Below the pieces are notes generated by a model. It ran no database searches. It saw only the letters and a list, made by a program, of their open reading frames with translations, and was not told the origin of the DNA. The position numbers and the translations under genes are program-made. A stretch of DNA of 63,730 nt, counting the filler, from Collodictyon triciliatum (taxonomy: Eukaryota), in assembly GCA_043381765.1 (NCBI GenBank). It is 17 parts of 17 records of this genome, joined end to end, with 100 filler letters (N's around TTAATTAATTAA, not from the genome) between each part and the next. Parts side by side here need not be neighbours in the genome. Positions count along the whole stretch, not along the records: positions 21,635 to 29,120 come from JBHJMP010007249.1; positions 29,221 to 32,711 come from JBHJMP010007250.1; positions 32,812 to 36,303 come from JBHJMP010007251.1; positions 36,404 to 39,897 come from JBHJMP010007252.1; positions 39,998 to 43,489 come from JBHJMP010007253.1; positions 43,590 to 47,080 come from JBHJMP010007254.1; 11 more parts are not named here. The stretch is one strand, 5' to 3'. Of this stretch, positions 27,293 to 43,793 are shown in pieces (the first letter of the stretch is position 1; each line of letters starts with the position of its first letter).

Positions 27293-29220
27293 CGCAGTGT
27301 GTCAGCGGCCGTCTCTTTGGGCTCTGCCTCGCAACCTACGGAAAGCAGCCGAGTCCTCGCACAGATAAGCCAGAGTCAGGCTGCACAAAAACACACGTGT
27401 CTGAAAAGTCCACCTCCGAATCCTGCGAGTCGGAACACCGAAGCCTTCGCCGCGAGTTTTCTCGATCGAAGTTGCGCCCGAGTAATGACTCAAGTGTTTG
27501 TTTGGAACAAGAGACACGCTTGGGAATGGTTTTCCAGGCTGCAGACTTAATGTGGAATTGATAGGATTTCTCTTGGTGTGGCCATATAATAGCGCTTTTC
27601 CTCTATGTTTCAATTTTTTTTGTGTATCGATATGTGTATATGTTTCTTCAAGCTTTCAGATTTTGCAGCAGCGTGTGACCATAGTGGGCATCGCAATCAG
27701 GGTCGCGCAGTCAGACGTGATGCATTAAGAGGTGGTTCTCTATAATGATAAGTATTTTTTTTTATATTTATTTTGGATTAGCAGTAACGGGAGCCCCAGA
27801 TGTATGCCTGAGTTGAAGTAAGGGACGCCATTTGGATAGGAGAGTATATGTAATGGTGAGCAAAAGAAATCAATTGCACGGATTAAAATATTACAGTTGT
27901 GTTTTTCTTTTTCTGCTTTGTTGCCTTTCTTTGTGATTATATACCACGGACTTATATGTTCGAGAATGGATATATTGAAATTACAGAGAACCACCCATAT
28001 TTGATGGTACCTACGTGAATCGAGACAGACAACAGAAGCGCGATTAAGACAATCAGTATTTTGACGGTAATTGCATGAATGATTTCTCTTCGGTACCAGT
28101 CAGCCTAGAAATTATGCTGTTTATTTTTGCAATTTTTCTATCAAATAAATAGGTACATATATACGAGGCTTTCCAAATACATTACCCAAGACTGAAATAT
28201 CCTACCAAGTATATATCAAGAACTAGGTTATTAATCAGCACAACAGCCATGATGATATGCTGGTAGTGATCGATAAATCCGAAGGTAAACGCCAATCCAA
28301 TGGTTGCCTGTCGAAAATGAGGAATATGTTGCATTTTTTTTTTGAGAAGATATGTGGACACCAGAAAATAAATTTTTATTATTTTCCTGAATGCTATGAG
28401 AGCATCTTTCAATTTTGTGATAGTATGGCTGAACCGGGAACACAAACCAGGGCAAAACAAAGCAAGATGAAAACAAGACCCTTCACAGCCCACGATATCT
28501 TTTGTGAAAATTGGACACGTTTATTGAGTTAATTATCTTTCTCAGTGAAAGTCAATTGAATCATAAAGTTGAAGCTTTTAGACCAATCATCCTGCCATTT
28601 ATATACATATACATATACATTTACATATACATATACATCAAAATTGAGGATATAGTAAACCAGTCCAATATTACGCTTTATAATATGCGCTGATTATCAA
28701 CTGAGTTTGAATATTTATATAAGGCGATAGAGACGTATATTGTAGACTGAGGGTATTGTCAGGTCAATGTGGCATAACACAAACCTCTCTAGAAGTAAAG
28801 AAAGTGTAGATCTTGTCAAAAATATGTTGAAGGCCGTCGTCTTCCTCCACTGGCGTATTTACTGGCGCACCGATTGTTTGATACTCTGACATTTTTAGTC
28901 TCCGCAGCTTATGATCACGGAAGAGAGTGTGAATGCGTATTCAAAGAATTCCAGCAAGAGCAACTCCTTATGTTTCTTTTGACATTCTTTAGTGTTCTCT
29001 TTTGACCTTTTTCTTTCTGCCTTTATTATTTATTATTTATTATTTATTATTTATTATTTATTATTTATTATTTATTATTTATTATTTATTATTTATTATT
29101 TATTATTTATTATTTATTATNNNNNNNNNNNNNNNNNNNNNNNNNNNNNNNNNNNNNNNNNNNNTTAATTAATTAANNNNNNNNNNNNNNNNNNNNNNNN
29201 NNNNNNNNNNNNNNNNNNNN

Positions 29221-29572
29221 TTAATTGCTCGGACACTTCTTTGCTGGAATTTGCCAGCAGTGGAAAGGCCCACAGCTTTCGCGTGAATACATCGACACAA
29301 GTCAGAATATATTTTGCGTCTTTTGATTCCAGTCCGCTAACATCAATCGTGTCTTTCTGAATGTACCCTGGTTTGAATCGCATTATGGTTGCTTGTTTGC
29401 GTTCTGACTTTCTCGCTTGAAGAGTTTGATAGTCTGGTTGCTGTTTAAGAAAATCTTCGACAGTCTTTCTTTTAATTCCAAATTCTTTGACGAGCGCCCA
29501 GAGACCGGCAACTGAATTAGTGTGCTTGGGTGCATTATAATACTTTTCCAAGATTTTTATTTCTTTCTCCAT
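29221..29572 (-). CDS. Retroviral-type (rve) DDE integrase, N-terminal part, intronless
   Basis: LEKYYNAP...VEDFLKQQPDYQ...IQKDTIDVS...KYILTCVDVFTRKLWAFPL is the rve core start with the first catalytic Asp. The non-HHCC N-terminus resembles Polinton/Maverick integrases. Truncated by the linker. Confidence 0.88.
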
Positions 29573-29795
29573 AAAATAATCAAGATTTTATAATTCCACA
29601 TTTAAATGAGATTTCATCTCTGGTCAAATGCGGAATTTATAATCATTAAAATTACAAATGCGGATGGAATATTCTAGATTATTATATTACCAAATGCGGA
29701 ATTTAAAATAGTTAAATTCCAAATATGGATGTAGAATCTTCTAGAACCTTCCTTTCCAAATCTGGGATTCCATATTAGGAAGTATCGTATATACA
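29221..29795 (-). mobile_element. End of an rve-integrase DNA element (Polinton/virophage- or Ginger-like): integrase 5' part plus subterminal repeats
   Basis: Integrase ORF; five CAAATGCGGA-like motifs at 29625, 29655, 29691, 29720, 29757; candidate 5'-TGT terminus at 29795. Confidence 0.65.
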
Positions 29796-30076
29796 GATGA
29801 ACTGTTGAACCCAGATTATAGGCATCTGTAATTTGGGTTCAATATCCTCCTCGGTCAGGAAGGAGAAACTAAGCGCCAGTGGGCGGGGTTTCTCGATATA
29901 TCTGAATGAGTCTTCGATTGGCGTGCTTGTCTCCACATAAGCTATCAGTCTTTGTATGCTTCGACGTTGATGGAGCCAATACCAGAAGTGGCCGGGACAG
30001 CAATTGAGTAGCTGATGATGCCCTTGAGCTTGGCCTCGACCTGCTGAGAAGTGATGCGAGTCTCATAGTCTCTCTC

Positions 30077-31576
30077 TCAGCAATTGTGGATAAGAGCTGC
30101 GAGGTTAGAAGGACAGGTAGTTGGGAGGGGAAGCAGGTTACCGCTCAAGACCCTCGTACTGACATGGCCGTTGGTCACCTCATACGGATACTCGCCTCTC
30201 GGCATGGACCAGAGAACCACGCCGTGCGAGTAGACGTCACTGGGCAGTCCTACGCCCTTGCTGGTGTCAAAAACCTCGAGCGGCGACCGATTCTTTGAGC
30301 CGCCAAACTTGCTCTCCGAGCTGACCAAGACGCCGCTCTTTGCAAGGCCGAAGTCGGTCAGCTGGGCGTCACCGTTCACAAGCAGGAGATTCTCGGTCTT
30401 GAGGTCGCGGTGCTGAATCGGCTTTGGCCGGGTGTGCAGATAGACAAGACCTTGGATGATGTGCAGCCTGTACTTGAGGGTCAGGTCGGTGCCGAGAACC
30501 TTTTGCTTCTTGATGAGGGAGCAGAGCCCTCCGCCGTTTGCAAACTCTATGACAAAGAGCAGATCCTTGTTCCGGCACCGGAAGTCGTAGAGTGTCAGGA
30601 TGTTTGGGTGATGCAGCTCGGGCATCACGCTGCCGACCTTCTCGGGTCTGTACCGTCGGTAGCGGTGAGAGTTGCCTTTGCAATAAGCTTCACAACAAAG
30701 AGGCCTACCTTCAGCCGCCCTTGCCCAGGACGTTCCCTTTCTGCTCAAAATCTGTGGTCAGCAGGTCTGCGTATTTGCCGAGGGACAGGCGACTTTTTGG
30801 GACCTTCGTTGGTTGGTTATTGTGATATGTATCCTTGAGGTGAACCCAGGCAGTCGTATATGTTGAGTCTTTTTATTTACTCCATGATTAAGCTGTCTTG
30901 CGGGCTTCTGCTTTGCGGGCTTCTTCTTCCGCCAAACGGGGTTATTCGGCCTTGCGGGCTTCTTCGTCCTCGCGGGCCTCTGCCGCGGCGTCGACCTACA
31001 GTTCCGTCAGTTGTGTTCTATGTTGTGTGTATGTGGAGGTTGTGGGTGGAAGTGGGCTTACGGGGTCGTAGAGCTGCAGAGCGTGGATGTATCTGTCCTG
31101 CAAATAACTGTTTTTCCACAGTGGAAGGGCCGTGATGCCACGTGGTGCTCTCTTTATGTTAGTTCTTCCACCGCCCTCGATGTAGAGATACTTCAGATTC
31201 GTGAGCGCTGTGATTTCTGGTGGGAGCTCCTCCATCTGCATGTCTCGTTGTCAGCGACTTTATCGTTTCATCATAAATAAAAATAGTGAAAACAAATGAA
31301 TAATAATAATAAAAAAAAATAAAAAAAACACACCGGGTTGCCAATAACACCAAATGTACAGAGACCAGTCAAACATGATATTTGTGCAGGCAGTGACGAC
31401 AACTTATTGTAACCAAGTTGCAACACTTTCAGATCAGTCAACAAAAAAAGACCAGGCGGAACGGAAGTAAACTCTCTATCGGCTAGATCCAAAATCTCGG
31501 AGGTTTCTAAAGAGGCGATGTCATCATATCCGGCGATTTTTCGGACCTCTTCCAATAGCGCATTCCGGTCGGCCAT
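30077..31576 (-). pseudogene. LRR + tyrosine-kinase-like (TKL) protein kinase, disrupted
   Basis: LRR exons (LTDLKVLQLGYNKLSSLP; EELPPEITALTNLKYLYI); in-frame stops in the linker (e.g. TAG at 30996); frameshift after VLGKGG; HRDLKTENLL, DFGLAK, SDVYSHG; premature TGA at 'IHNC*' where W is expected. Confidence 0.8.
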
Positions 31577-33547
31577 CGAGACGGAAGTGAGGCGAAAGTG
31601 CTTTGGGTGGGTTCTGGGGGCTGTGTGGGCAAGTGGATTGAATTGTGTGTTAGTGCGGCGCGTAGTGTCGGTTTGTTTTGTGACTGCGACTGACGGGTCA
31701 CACACAACAAGAGTCGCACGGGCGAGGGCGGCATGGTTGTGCGCACTGAGAATACTACGCACGTTACGGATTCATGTCGTGGTAACGTAGCGCGATACAC
31801 AGGTTAGAAGGCATGATCATTATGAGTGGAAGCAGGCTAAATACCCCACATAGGCCGTCGAATTTTTTCTGTGTGAATTAACATGCGTCCATATCAATAT
31901 ATAGGTGGACGGATTGGGTTGTGTGTCGCGCGTGTGCAATGTGTGGCTCGTGTGGTGGTTGGGAAGGCATACCATTTTTGAGTGCTCCAGGTGTTTTATC
32001 TTACAATATTGCACTATTTGTGTTCTTGATGCTAAAATTCGGTATAAGTATTATACAGGATTAGAAATGCACCACAGAATTTGTATATACTGTAAATTCC
32101 ACATATTGAAAAATAACGGTGATAATTATACTGAATAGATTTCGATTTCCTTTCTTGGTTGTAAATTTTGTTTCTTCATGCTGTTAATGCCAATATTTAT
32201 TTTTGGCTTTTGTTTTTCTTGATGCGAGGGTGTTTCAAGCGTTGTACAAGCGATGAGCAAATCTCTGATCTTCGCTGCACTGAGTTCGTATTCTCCCATG
32301 TTCTTGTGAGTGAAGCAGACTACAACATATTCCGACATAGAGCAGTGGCTTTGCAGTTTTCCGGTCTCGTGGGTACAGGTGTGCTCGTGAGTCCGCTTCG
32401 TGCTGCTTGTGCGAGTGGTTGCATGCTACAGACATTTGCAGATTGACTAGGCTCGAGACTTGAGACTGGTTGGCGAGTGATCGACTGCTGCTGCTGCTGC
32501 TGCAAAAAAAAAAAAAAGGCTGTTAAATGAGAGCAAGGGTTTGCGAGATACATCAGAGTTGTTCTTATCGACAGTTTTGGTGCAGCTTTATCAATAACAC
32601 GTTTTTTCACCCTTTTTTTCTTTTGCTTCTTTCCACTGGAATGATGTATGCCCCTTTATCTCACTCACTACCTTTCATACCCTTGGTCTTTTGTTCTTTT
32701 CTTTTTCTTAANNNNNNNNNNNNNNNNNNNNNNNNNNNNNNNNNNNNNNNNNNNNTTAATTAATTAANNNNNNNNNNNNNNNNNNNNNNNNNNNNNNNNN
32801 NNNNNNNNNNNAAAAAGAAAGAGAAAGAGAAAGAGAAAGAGAAAGAGAAAGAGAAAGAGAAAGAGAAAGAGAAAGAGAAAGAGAAAGAGAAAGAGAAAGA
32901 GAAAGAGAAAGAGAAAGAGAAAGAGAAAGAGACAAAGAAAGAGAAGGCTTTAAACAGTCAACAATGATTGATCATCACTCGTCACAGATCAAACAAGACA
33001 TCCATGGTTCTCGATCACAGCAGCCGGGGCAGCGCCTCAACAACTAAGGCTGTAGCCCTCCAGACTCGTCTCCCCGTGCCTGATCGGCGCACACGACAAA
33101 CACCGTCTCTTACCCGGCTTTCTGATGGGCTGTTTGTGATCACCACCACGAACTCGATTCATACTAATCTGGAATTTATATCTACTTGCGATTTATTTTA
33201 GGTATGAACTACACGTTTGCGTGACATCAAACCGTGGCTGTGGCTGCGGCCGGATCTGTAGCAACCAAACATCAAACACAGGAAATCGTCCGCAAGGCCA
33301 AGTAGCTGCGAAGAGCGGAAAGAAACCAAGACAAAGAGCTTAATTACTCTACAAGGCTGCGCCTGTAGCTCCAATTTTTTCCTGTTATTTTTGGCTATAT
33401 ATATTTCATTCAAATAGCTAGCTCACGGGTTTTTTTATCTTCATCTTCGTGCTCTCTGTCTCTAAAAACTCTGCATCGCTAACCTTTGTCTAAAAGCCCG
33501 TTTCTATATTCATTTATTCATTTATTTTTTTGGAGGGGCACTACTAT

Positions 33548-35167
33548 ATGTCAAAGCTGTCGCAAAAATGCGAGGCCTCGCGCCATTCTGATGCAGAGGC
33601 GGTGGACAGAAAGCCGGCAAAGAAGGTGCGAAAGGAGCCTGATAGCAAGGGAGATCAGCCTCAGGCTGAAGCAGCTAAGAAGGCTCAGGAGCGTACAGTA
33701 AAGAAGAAACAGGAGCAGGAGCAGGAGAAGTATGACGAGTATGAGCAAGAAGAGGAAGGGGAGGAATGGGAAAGTGAGGCTGAAGAGGATGGCGAAGAAG
33801 ACGGTGGGCAAGACAACGAAGATAACGAGGAGGACGAGGAAGTTTGTTTTCTTTTTATTCTTTTATTCCATTGCTAGTTATTTGTTCTTCTCATGTTGTT
33901 AGTTTGCCTGTCTTTTTTACTCTCTTTTTTTTTTCTAGTCTCACATCGTTGTAGACTTTGACTTTGCGAATCCGCACCCCGATGATTTTCATCAAGTGAA
34001 ACAGTTTCTTCGAAACTATCTCGATCAGAAAGAATACAATGTAAATGAGCTGACGGATATCATTCTGGAGCAAGTGAAGGTTCATAATCTTTTCTTCTTT
34101 TTTTTCTGTTGCCTCGTTCTTTCTCATATCTACTACTTTTCACAAACTTATATTTTGCTATAGGTCGGAAGTATTTTGAAGTCAGGTGGTAGTGTCTTTG
34201 GCTTCATCTCTGCAATCAATTTACACAAACATAAGGTTTTCAACTAATATATTTGTATGTACCTGTTATTGTTGTGATGTCTTTTGATCTTTGAGCATTG
34301 CGTGAGCATTGTAGGTTTTTGAATCAGAATGATTTGCCTCATTATCAATATTTAAAAAAAAATTACATCTAAGCATTTCGATGTGTGCTATTAGAAATCG
34401 TCATTTGTCACAGAGTTTAAGAAGCATATCCTGGACAACTCTCCTAACGAATTCCTTCGAGCCAAGCTGAAGGCTCTTCTGGAGGTATTTTGAGATGTCT
34501 CATTGGTGACTCATTTCTTGTCTCTTTTTTTATTGTATTTTTATAGTATTTGATTACTTCGATGCAGACGATCTTTACTTCACTATTCATATGCATATAC
34601 CAAATTTTCAAGGATGAAAGCAAGCAGTTGGGTCTGATCATTTCAGAACGGGTCTTTAACTGTCCTCCACACTTATCACATCCCCTCATGCAAGGGTTGC
34701 TAGATGAAATTGAATGGGCTCAAGAAGATGAGGTATAGTTTGGCTTATATTTTCTCCTATTCGTATTGAGACATTTGGTCTTCATTTCATTTGTGTTTCA
34801 TGAAAATTTCCCCCTTCTTTCTCGTTGGTGCTATTTTTCTAATGTTATGTGTGGTTTTCCTACTGTAAGTGTATGCGTCGAAATCAGGAATAAGGAGTTG
34901 ATGTTTCCTTTTAATAAAACTGTCAGGAAACCGAGGAGCTTCGCAAATCCTTCAAATTCGATAACTATGTAATGTTGGGAACCTACCATGTCGAGCTTTC
35001 GGAACAACAGGGGCTTGACCAAATGTCCATTCCAGGTATCTTTATATCACCGTAGCCACCAAACAAAACAGACCAAAGACCAAAGAAAATGCTGGTCTTT
35101 TTCTTTTCCTTTCTCCTTTCCTTTTCCTTTTCCTTTTCCTTTTCCTTTTCCTTTTCCTTTTCCTTTT

Positions 35168-35254
<87 letters not shown>

Positions 35255-35807
35255 TTTTGCACAAAGATGAAACTCATGAGCAAATGTTTACACTAACACC
35301 TTTCGTAAAGGTCAAAATCAGCTCCTATGATAAATTAGCGTAACCTATTCCCTGCAACTTATAAAAGAATTCACCATTCAAAGGCTCAGATTCATCGTCA
35401 GGAAAAAAGAAAAAGAAGAAAGAAAAGGGAACCTCGTCAAAAGCACAAGAGCTTCGGTTTTGGCCCAAGCTGGAGGAGGAACTCTTATCAGAGGTACGAA
35501 AGGGTGATACTATGACATGGTGTAGATGGCAAAGGGGACAAAAAAAAAACTAAATAAGGACAATTTAATCCATCCCGCTATTTCATCAATGCCTTCTCAA
35601 AGTATTTCTTTGTGAAACCTGCAGCAAGCCGACCTCCACTTCAATTATCGCGTGAAGCAGTCCATGACAGACTTTGTCCCCACATTCGAGGGCTTTGCCA
35701 TCCCTTACCGCAGCTGCATGGTGATTTCTGCAGAGAAGGTAAAGCATGTCCTTCATCAGATTGGGGTTTTCGTCGGAAATAGTTCGGACGGTGCTGGGGG
35801 CTCATGA
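33548..35807 (+). CDS. BCCIP: BCCIP/BCP1 family protein (multi-exon, apparently complete)
   Basis: Acidic N-terminus; VDFDFANPHPDDFHQVKQFL; VGSILK..VFGFISAINL; LGLIISERVFNCPPHLSHPL; FWPKLEEELL; stop TGA 35805-35807. Confidence 0.92.
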
Positions 35808-36403
35808 TAAACAAATCCCCACTGCGCCCTGCAAAGGGCTTTCATCGCCGATAAAGCTAGTCACACAAGAGGCACGCTTGCAACACCAACTGATTTCTCT
35901 GTGCGACGTGTTAATGCTTCTTCTCGAGCCTTATCTATGTCTTCGAACGCGCTTATCTTTGTCTATGTCCTTGAAGGGTATTCGGCCCCAACGGGCTTGT
36001 GTTCTGGACAGCGGCGGCAAACGGCATATATCGCATTTTGAACAAAGTCTGGAGAACAGACACCCTCTGGGCTTTTAACTTCTCATCTTGATTTCTCTTC
36101 TTTTTTTTCTCTTTTTTTCCCTTTTTTCTCTTTGTTTCTCTTTTTTTCTCTTTTTTTCTCTTTTTTCTCTCTTGTTTCTCTCTTTTTTTTTCTCTTTTTT
36201 TCTCTTTTTTTCTCTTTTTTTTTCTCTTTTTTTTCTCTTTTTTTTCTCTTTTTTTTCTCTTTTTTTTCTCTTTTTTTTCTCTTTTTTTTCTCTTTTTTTT
36301 CTCNNNNNNNNNNNNNNNNNNNNNNNNNNNNNNNNNNNNNNNNNNNNTTAATTAATTAANNNNNNNNNNNNNNNNNNNNNNNNNNNNNNNNNNNNNNNNN
36401 NNN

Positions 36404-36535
36404 GTATTAGTATTAGTATTAGTATTAGTATTAGTATTAGTATTAGTATTAGTATTAGTATTAGTATTAGTATTAGTATTAGTATTAGTATTAGTATTAG
36501 TATTAGTATTTGTATTAGTATTAGTATTAGTATTA
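36404..36535. repeat. (GTATTA)n microsatellite at contig start
   Basis: Tandem hexamers. Confidence 0.95.
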
Positions 36536-36774
36536 TCGATCAAAGAGCGCTATATTGTTGCATAAATACCTTATTCGAGAAAATTGGATTATAGAGCAAA
36601 GAAAAAAACATTGTTCGTTATTTTTGTATGTTAATATACCACCACAATTTCTTGAGAATCATTTTTTTCAACTTAGAAATTATACCCCCGATGCACAAAC
36701 AAAAAGAGTGATACTAGGATTTCATCTTACTCGGGACACCTTTTAACGTTCACTTTCATATCTTACATCAAAAG

Positions 36775-37618
36775 AAGGCAGGCACATGGGAGGTTCACAC
36801 CCATCGCCGCAATTCGGAACTCGACCTCAGCTTGGCCACTGACACACAAATGTATCGAGTCGAGGATACACGACTCAAGGAAATGGGGATGATGACCGCG
36901 CTGACCATTGGAATCCACAACTTTCCTGAGGGGCTGGCGACATTTGTAGCAACTCTGGCGCATCCGCATCTCGGGATTGCAATGGCCGTTGCTGTCGCTC
37001 TCCACAACATCCCCGAGGGCGTCTGTGTCTCTCTTCCAATATTCTATGCCACTCGCAGTTATCGCAGTGCCTTGTGAGTTATTTTGATCTCTTTATATGT
37101 GATTATGTCTACAATTATATCGATGAAGACTAGGATGTCAGATTTCGATTAACTTTTTTATTATATGATTCATATCTAGCATTTATATTTTGCGACTCAT
37201 TTCTCATCTTATCAGTTTACCCTTCTTTTTTCTTTTTTTTTTTACATATCCAATTTATTCATTTAGTATCAATATTTCATTTAAAATGTATAAAAACTAT
37301 TATGGAATAGGCGCACCTGTAGATCTTAACTAACGACATTTAATTACCTTGCGTAGTGTATGGTCATTCATGTCTGGTATATCTGAGCCTATCGGAGCTC
37401 TTGTTGGTTGGATTGCACTTCGCAACGTTTTCAACAACACTGTTTATGGAATACTTTTTGGCTTTGTGTCTGGCATGATGGTTTACGTTTGTGTGAGCGA
37501 GCTTATTCCGACTGCCATCCGATACGACACAGAGAACAAAGGAATCACTGCTTACATGATTGGGGGAATGGCCATCATGGCCCTTTCCGTCTCCCTAGTC
37601 ACTTTGCCAAGTGATTAA
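36775..37618 (+). CDS. zupT: ZIP-family (ZupT/GufA-type) zinc transporter, 3' part
   Basis: [47 protein letters not shown]; one intron; stop TAA at 37618. Confidence 0.92.
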
Positions 37619-38047
37619 TCTCAAGTGAACGCGCACACAAAATACAACACATACACTATCTCTCTTTTTTTTTTAAACCAAACAAAAAGGGAGTGGCTGA
37701 AAAAAATTGATTTGCTAAGAGCATAACCCTAATAACTAAGCTTCTTGCATACGGTTTCTCTTTTTAGATTCGCCATAACTCGATTAAAAATAAATCATAC
37801 GACAAACCTGAGTCCAACAATGAAGAAAAAACCAACCTTAACATAATTGTAACATATTCTCAAGGATTTTTCACATGTTTTTACGCGCTGAGGCAAAAGT
37901 CTTAATGATATGACTGGAAAAAATAGCGAGAGAAGAGCGCGCATAGAACTAGCATCACGGTTCTCGAAATAACGAGTCCAATAATGGAAATAAATAACCG
38001 ATATCTTTTATAGATTCCACTCTCATGGAAGGAAGTGTGCCGACATA

Positions 38048-39210
38048 TCATAAACCTTTGTTGTACCAAACGTTAGTAATGGGAGCACCATTTTCGTCTT
38101 TGATATGGTGAAACTCTGGCTCCAAAAGCCTAACATCAACCCAGGCGGTTTGTCGGAACATGCCAAAGGTTAGAGGAACACAGACACCGATAGCCAAACC
38201 AACCATCCCGAGGAGAGCCGGTGTTTTTAGCAGTGGATACTTATGTGCCCAAGAGTATTTCTTTTCGATTTTTTCCATTAGAAACGGAGGGATAAGGAGA
38301 ATCGGAGCTGCTGCTGCCACACGACCCCCGATGCATGCGCTGACAGCCAAAAGCCCTGCGCGCTTACTCTTACCAATCATGTTTCCCTCCTTATCATACA
38401 GGTTGATTCCTTGAAGGAATTCATTTTGTCTCATACACGCGAGATTCACCACATCAGCTGCTGCGACAGCAAAGAATGGCGCTGATTTTACCAAGAAGGG
38501 AGACCACTTTGACACGGACCTTTCGGCATAATAATTCAGGCCCACAGCCGCAGAAACAGAGCTGATGACAGCGCCGATGTAGGACTGGGCTACTCGACTG
38601 AAAGAGGGTTGTGAGATGTTGAAAGTCTTTCATATAACTTCACTGTTAAAAAAAAAAAAAAAGAAAAAAGGATGAGAATATGCAGTAGACAAAGAAGATA
38701 AATAAAATCGCAAGAATGTAATCTTTCCTTTGCTGTTAGACAAAGTTTCCAGCCAAGATCATACCTTACTGGCTCATCATTACTAGCGTTTCTGTTAGCC
38801 CAATAATGCATAGCGTTATATGTCTGGTTCATCCACTGCGCAAATATTGTTGTCTGAAGAGTGCGTGCAGAAATCATGGCTGAATAATACAATCAGTTAT
38901 TTCGTGCTTGGCTTGCATTATTCAAGGCTTCATGTTCTCAGCAGCTTTCTTTTCAAACCATAGCAAATGGATTGATGCAAAAGAACAGTGAGATTGATTT
39001 AATGTATAGAAATGCATCCCCTCCCCCAAAGGAAAAGAAAAAAGCCTAACAAAATGAAGGCGCGTGATTTTTCACATACCTGCATCTAAAATCATATTTG
39101 CTGGTATTATAAATGATGCACGAAGAGGCAGGAATATCTTTTCGCCAGTATCCGGATGAAGCACAGATTCTTTAATTCTCAAAGCATGCGAAATATCTTC
39201 GTGTGTAACC
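38048..39210 (-). CDS. SFXN: Sideroflexin (mitochondrial SLC56 carrier), 3' exons
   Basis: LHPDTGEKIFLPLR, FAQWMNQTYNA..WANRNAS, PFFAVAAADVVNLACMRQNE, C-terminal YNKGL*. Further 5' exons probably extend to ~39660. Confidence 0.92.
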
Positions 39211-39685
39211 TACAATTTCACATGTAAATGATGAATCATCGATAAATAAAGCTATGCACCTTCCACCTGTCTCCCTTCTATCCTACAGTATTTTAAAAAG
39301 AGAAAGATAAAAGAAATAAACGCTACATCTTTGGCAGATGCCCTCATATAATGTAAATAACCAAATATTATGAAGTGAGAAAAAAACCGTTTTTAATTCC
39401 CCTTCGTTTCGCTCCTGCTTCGCAGTTTCGATGACCTTGTGTTAAACAGAAGCAGTTGGTATCAGGGCGAATATGGCAAAAGTTACAGGGTAGCCATTTG
39501 CGAGACAGGGCAAGGTGAAAGGAAACTGCCACGCTTTGAGGAAAATAATAGGATATATTTACATTTTATCAAGTCCTTTCTTTGCCAATAAGATTTGTTT
39601 TATATGTAAAGAGAGCAAAATGCACACTAAAGGCATGAGAATATGACGCTGATTCTTGCTTCTATAAAGCTTTTGAGCTAGACGC

Positions 39686-39799
<114 letters not shown>

Positions 39800-40275
39800 G
39801 ATTTGCCATCATCCAACCTATCCATCAAGCGAGAGACACATAAACCCAGACATTTTTTTTCAACCTCGGGCACATCTAACATAAACACCCAATTATGNNN
39901 NNNNNNNNNNNNNNNNNNNNNNNNNNNNNNNNNNNNNNNNNTTAATTAATTAANNNNNNNNNNNNNNNNNNNNNNNNNNNNNNNNNNNNNNNNNNNNGAA
40001 AAGAAAGAAAAGAAAGAAAAGAAAGAAAAGAAAGAAAAGAAAGAAAAGAAAGAAAAGAAAGAAAAGAAAGAAAAGAAAGAAAAGAAAGAAAAGAAGAGAA
40101 AGAAAAGAAAGAAGAGAAAGAAGAGAAAGAAAAGAAAGAAGAGAAAGAAGAGAAAGAAAAGAAAGAATGAAAAGTAAACCAAACCAAACCAAACCAAACC
40201 AAACCAAACCAAACCAGCTGTCTCGCCTGCACCATCCTCCTTTCCTCATACGCACCGCCATAAACAAACACAGGA

Positions 40276-43265
<2,990 letters not shown>

Positions 43266-43406
43266 GTATGTTTCTTTTTTTTTTTTTTTTCATGCATTCT
43301 TGATGCTTAAACATCTATATTTTTATAACTTCAACATAAATGTCCATGCAAACGATGGCTAGCAAACCAAAGCCAACATCTCCATCATCCTGCACAAAAT
43401 TGAAAA

Positions 43407-43489
<83 letters not shown>

Positions 43490-43592
43490 NNNNNNNNNNN
43501 NNNNNNNNNNNNNNNNNNNNNNNNNNNNNNNNNTTAATTAATTAANNNNNNNNNNNNNNNNNNNNNNNNNNNNNNNNNNNNNNNNNNNNTAT

Positions 43593-43687
<95 letters not shown>

Positions 43688-43793
43688 TACCGCTCATCAA
43701 ACTTAGCAACTAAAGATGAACAGCAAAATCTTACATCGGGTTAATTTTAAATTTCATCCTGTTGTTAATCAAACTCATGGAAAAATGATTCAG

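Noticed and set aside
27300-29020. Possible gene divergent from LEO1
   Set aside because: Only short ORFs; no consistent exon chain or recognisable motif could be built.
29625-29770. CAAATGCGGA repeats as a CRISPR array
   Set aside because: Repeats are short and degenerate, the spacers resemble each other (66-nt duplication), there are no cas genes and the context is eukaryotic; they fit transposon subterminal repeats better.
32126-32610. Short minus-strand ORFs with a poly-Q stretch
   Set aside because: Could be a gene 3' end, but there is no motif or consistent splice model to support a call.
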